From a virus (Duplodnaviria > Heunggongvirae > Uroviricota > Caudoviricetes), in the IMG/VR virus record IMGVR_UViG_3300045007_000064, positions 60,236 through 124,235 of that record: a DNA stretch of 64,000 nucleotides, one strand, 5' to 3'. Shown here piece by piece: positions 62,850 through 64,000 of the stretch (positions within the stretch are counted from its first letter, which is position 1; each line of letters starts with the position of its first letter). A program made the translations under genes and the position numbers. The notes below the pieces were generated by a model. That model was not told the origin of the DNA. It saw only the letters and a list, made by a program, of their open reading frames with translations, and made no database searches.

Positions 62850-63431
62850 CTATTCTACCTCATCCTGGCCGATAACAAAAGTTCCAGTCACAATCTTGGC
62901 CGCAGCCTCCTCGCGCTCGCGTGCCTTGTCGATCAGAACCGCAATCTCCTGCTGCTTCAGACGGAGCTGTTCCTTCTGTGCGAGAATACGTGCCTCGGCC
63001 CGCTCCAGAGCTGCCTGCGTGCGGTCGCGGTCATTGGTGAGCTGGCTAATGATGTCACCCTGCGCGGCATTTACATCCTTCATGAGGGCGATGGTGCCGT
63101 TCAGCGTTTCCACTGTGCTCTTCAGAGCCGCGATCTGTTCCTTGGACTCTCCTAGAAGCTCCTGGATGACGCGGACCGCGGACTCCTTGCCTTCACGCTC
63201 CTCACGAGCCTGGTCCTTGTACCGATTCACAACATCAGACTCAGCATCGAGTGTGTTCTTACGCTCGGTGATTCGGGAGTTACGGCGGTTGATGAGGTAC
63301 TGAACTAGTCCGGTGATGATCGCGCTAAAGACGGTAGCAGAAACAACGGATGTGATGACAAGGGACACCACATCCGCTGCGGGGCTTACCTCACCGACTG
63401 CCGCGGCGAGGATATGGAGCGCGTAGAACAT
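62850..63431 (-). CDS. coiled-coil membrane protein
   Basis: N-terminal transmembrane segments followed by a long Glu/Arg/Lys/Ala-rich coiled coil. Confidence 0.5.
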   Translation of the reverse strand: MFYALHILAAAVGEVSPAADVVSLVITSVVSATVFSAIITGLVQYLINRRNSRITERKNTLDAESDVVNRYKDQAREEREGKESAVRVIQELLGESKEQIAALKSTVETLNGTIALMKDVNAAQGDIISQLTNDRDRTQAALERAEARILAQKEQLRLKQQEIAVLIDKAREREEAAAKIVTGTFVIGQDEVE

Positions 63432-63434
63432 CGA

Positions 63435-63902
63435 TTACTTCAGCTCCTCGTCTGCTAGCGGAATCTTCTTCACCAGCTTCACACGCGCCTTGAGCTGACG
63501 GCGGCGCTTGTTGAGGAACAGGTAGGGCCATAGGGCGAAGAAAATGAGGTGGACACGGGCCATCGGGTCTCCGATGCCAGTGACGAGACCAAAGACAAGA
63601 AGACCGAGCTGAGTCAGGGCGAAGGCAAAAGGACCGATCATGAGTAGGTTGACGCCGAAGCGCTCGACCAGTAGATTGTCGTTGGTAACCAGGCCGAAGA
63701 CGCCAAGCGATCCGCCTAGAATCGTTACCCCTGTCCACAGGAAGACCAGCGTGGTGCTGAAGACCGTGAGAGTTGCGGTGGGGGTCGCGACGAGGTACAC
63801 TAGTGCCCACAACGCTCCCCACGAGTAGATGAAAAGGTAGTCCTTTTGCTCGGGAGGAGAGTTGCGCCAGAACTGTCGAATCGACTTCACGGTTACTCTC
63901 AA
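63435..63902 (-). CDS. membrane protein (about four transmembrane segments)
   Basis: Hydrophobic ORF. Confidence 0.5.
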   Translation of the reverse strand: MRVTVKSIRQFWRNSPPEQKDYLFIYSWGALWALVYLVATPTATLTVFSTTLVFLWTGVTILGGSLGVFGLVTNDNLLVERFGVNLLMIGPFAFALTQLGLLVFGLVTGIGDPMARVHLIFFALWPYLFLNKRRRQLKARVKLVKKIPLADEELK

Positions 63903-64000
63903 TCTAAAGGGTCTTACACTATTGTACTTGGCGTTTCATTGTTCTAATGGAAGGTAGTGTACGGCGGGCTGTGGTACCCTGGAGGGACCCCTTCTCCGCG

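Noticed and set aside
1-64000. CRISPR arrays, integrase or attachment sites, transposases
   Set aside because: No regularly spaced direct repeats, no tyrosine or serine recombinase motifs and no insertion-sequence-like terminal repeats were seen. The repeats present are promoter-and-leader modules and tRNA paralogues, not CRISPR.

Overview
High-GC (about 60%) double-stranded DNA, organised like a large tailed phage of an actinobacterial host, with most genes on the minus strand before 15 kb and from 26 to 53 kb, and on the plus strand from 15 to 26 kb and 53 to 62 kb. All calls below are read from the sequence by eye, so tRNA coordinates may be off by 1-3 nt and no database search was run. 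Reading order: (a) 1-14.9 kb, minus strand: a GHKL-type ATPase with an AAA+ ATPase partner, dNMP kinase, 5'-nucleotidase, tail fibre and minor tail proteins (one carrying a PhoD-like metallophosphatase domain), and RNA end-healing enzymes (two calcineurin-like phosphoesterases, a HAD phosphatase, a 2H/LigT phosphoesterase and a Pol-beta-type nucleotidyltransferase). (b) 15-26 kb, plus strand: the nrdH-nrdI-nrdE-nrdF ribonucleotide reductase operon with an HNH endonuclease inserted after nrdF, small hypothetical proteins and a PIF1/RecD-like helicase. (c) 26-31.5 kb, minus strand: a Ro60/Rsr homologue (TROVE plus vWA domains) with its own tandem promoters and terminator, a multi-domain endolysin (M15 peptidase, peptidoglycan-binding repeats and amidase-2), and a roughly 350-nt ORF-free locus between a consensus promoter and a rho-independent terminator that carries repeated leader motifs. 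(d) 32.9-53.2 kb: two large tRNA arrays, with about 50 tRNA or tRNA-like genes almost all on the minus strand. They are interspersed with four AT-rich HNH endonuclease genes, RtcB, a macro-domain protein, an ATP-dependent RNA ligase, flavin-dependent thymidylate synthase (thyX), a PTH2-like peptidyl-tRNA hydrolase and several small membrane proteins. (e) 53.3-64 kb: replication genes (family-A DNA polymerase, RuvC-like resolvase, SNF2 helicase, Cas4/RecB-like nuclease, AAA_24 ATPase, DUF669-like ssDNA-binding protein, WhiB, DEDD exonuclease). The most unusual content is the combined tRNA and RNA-repair island. It holds three routes to sealing broken RNA plus Ro60, next to a family of repeated promoter-and-leader modules and a candidate non-coding RNA locus.
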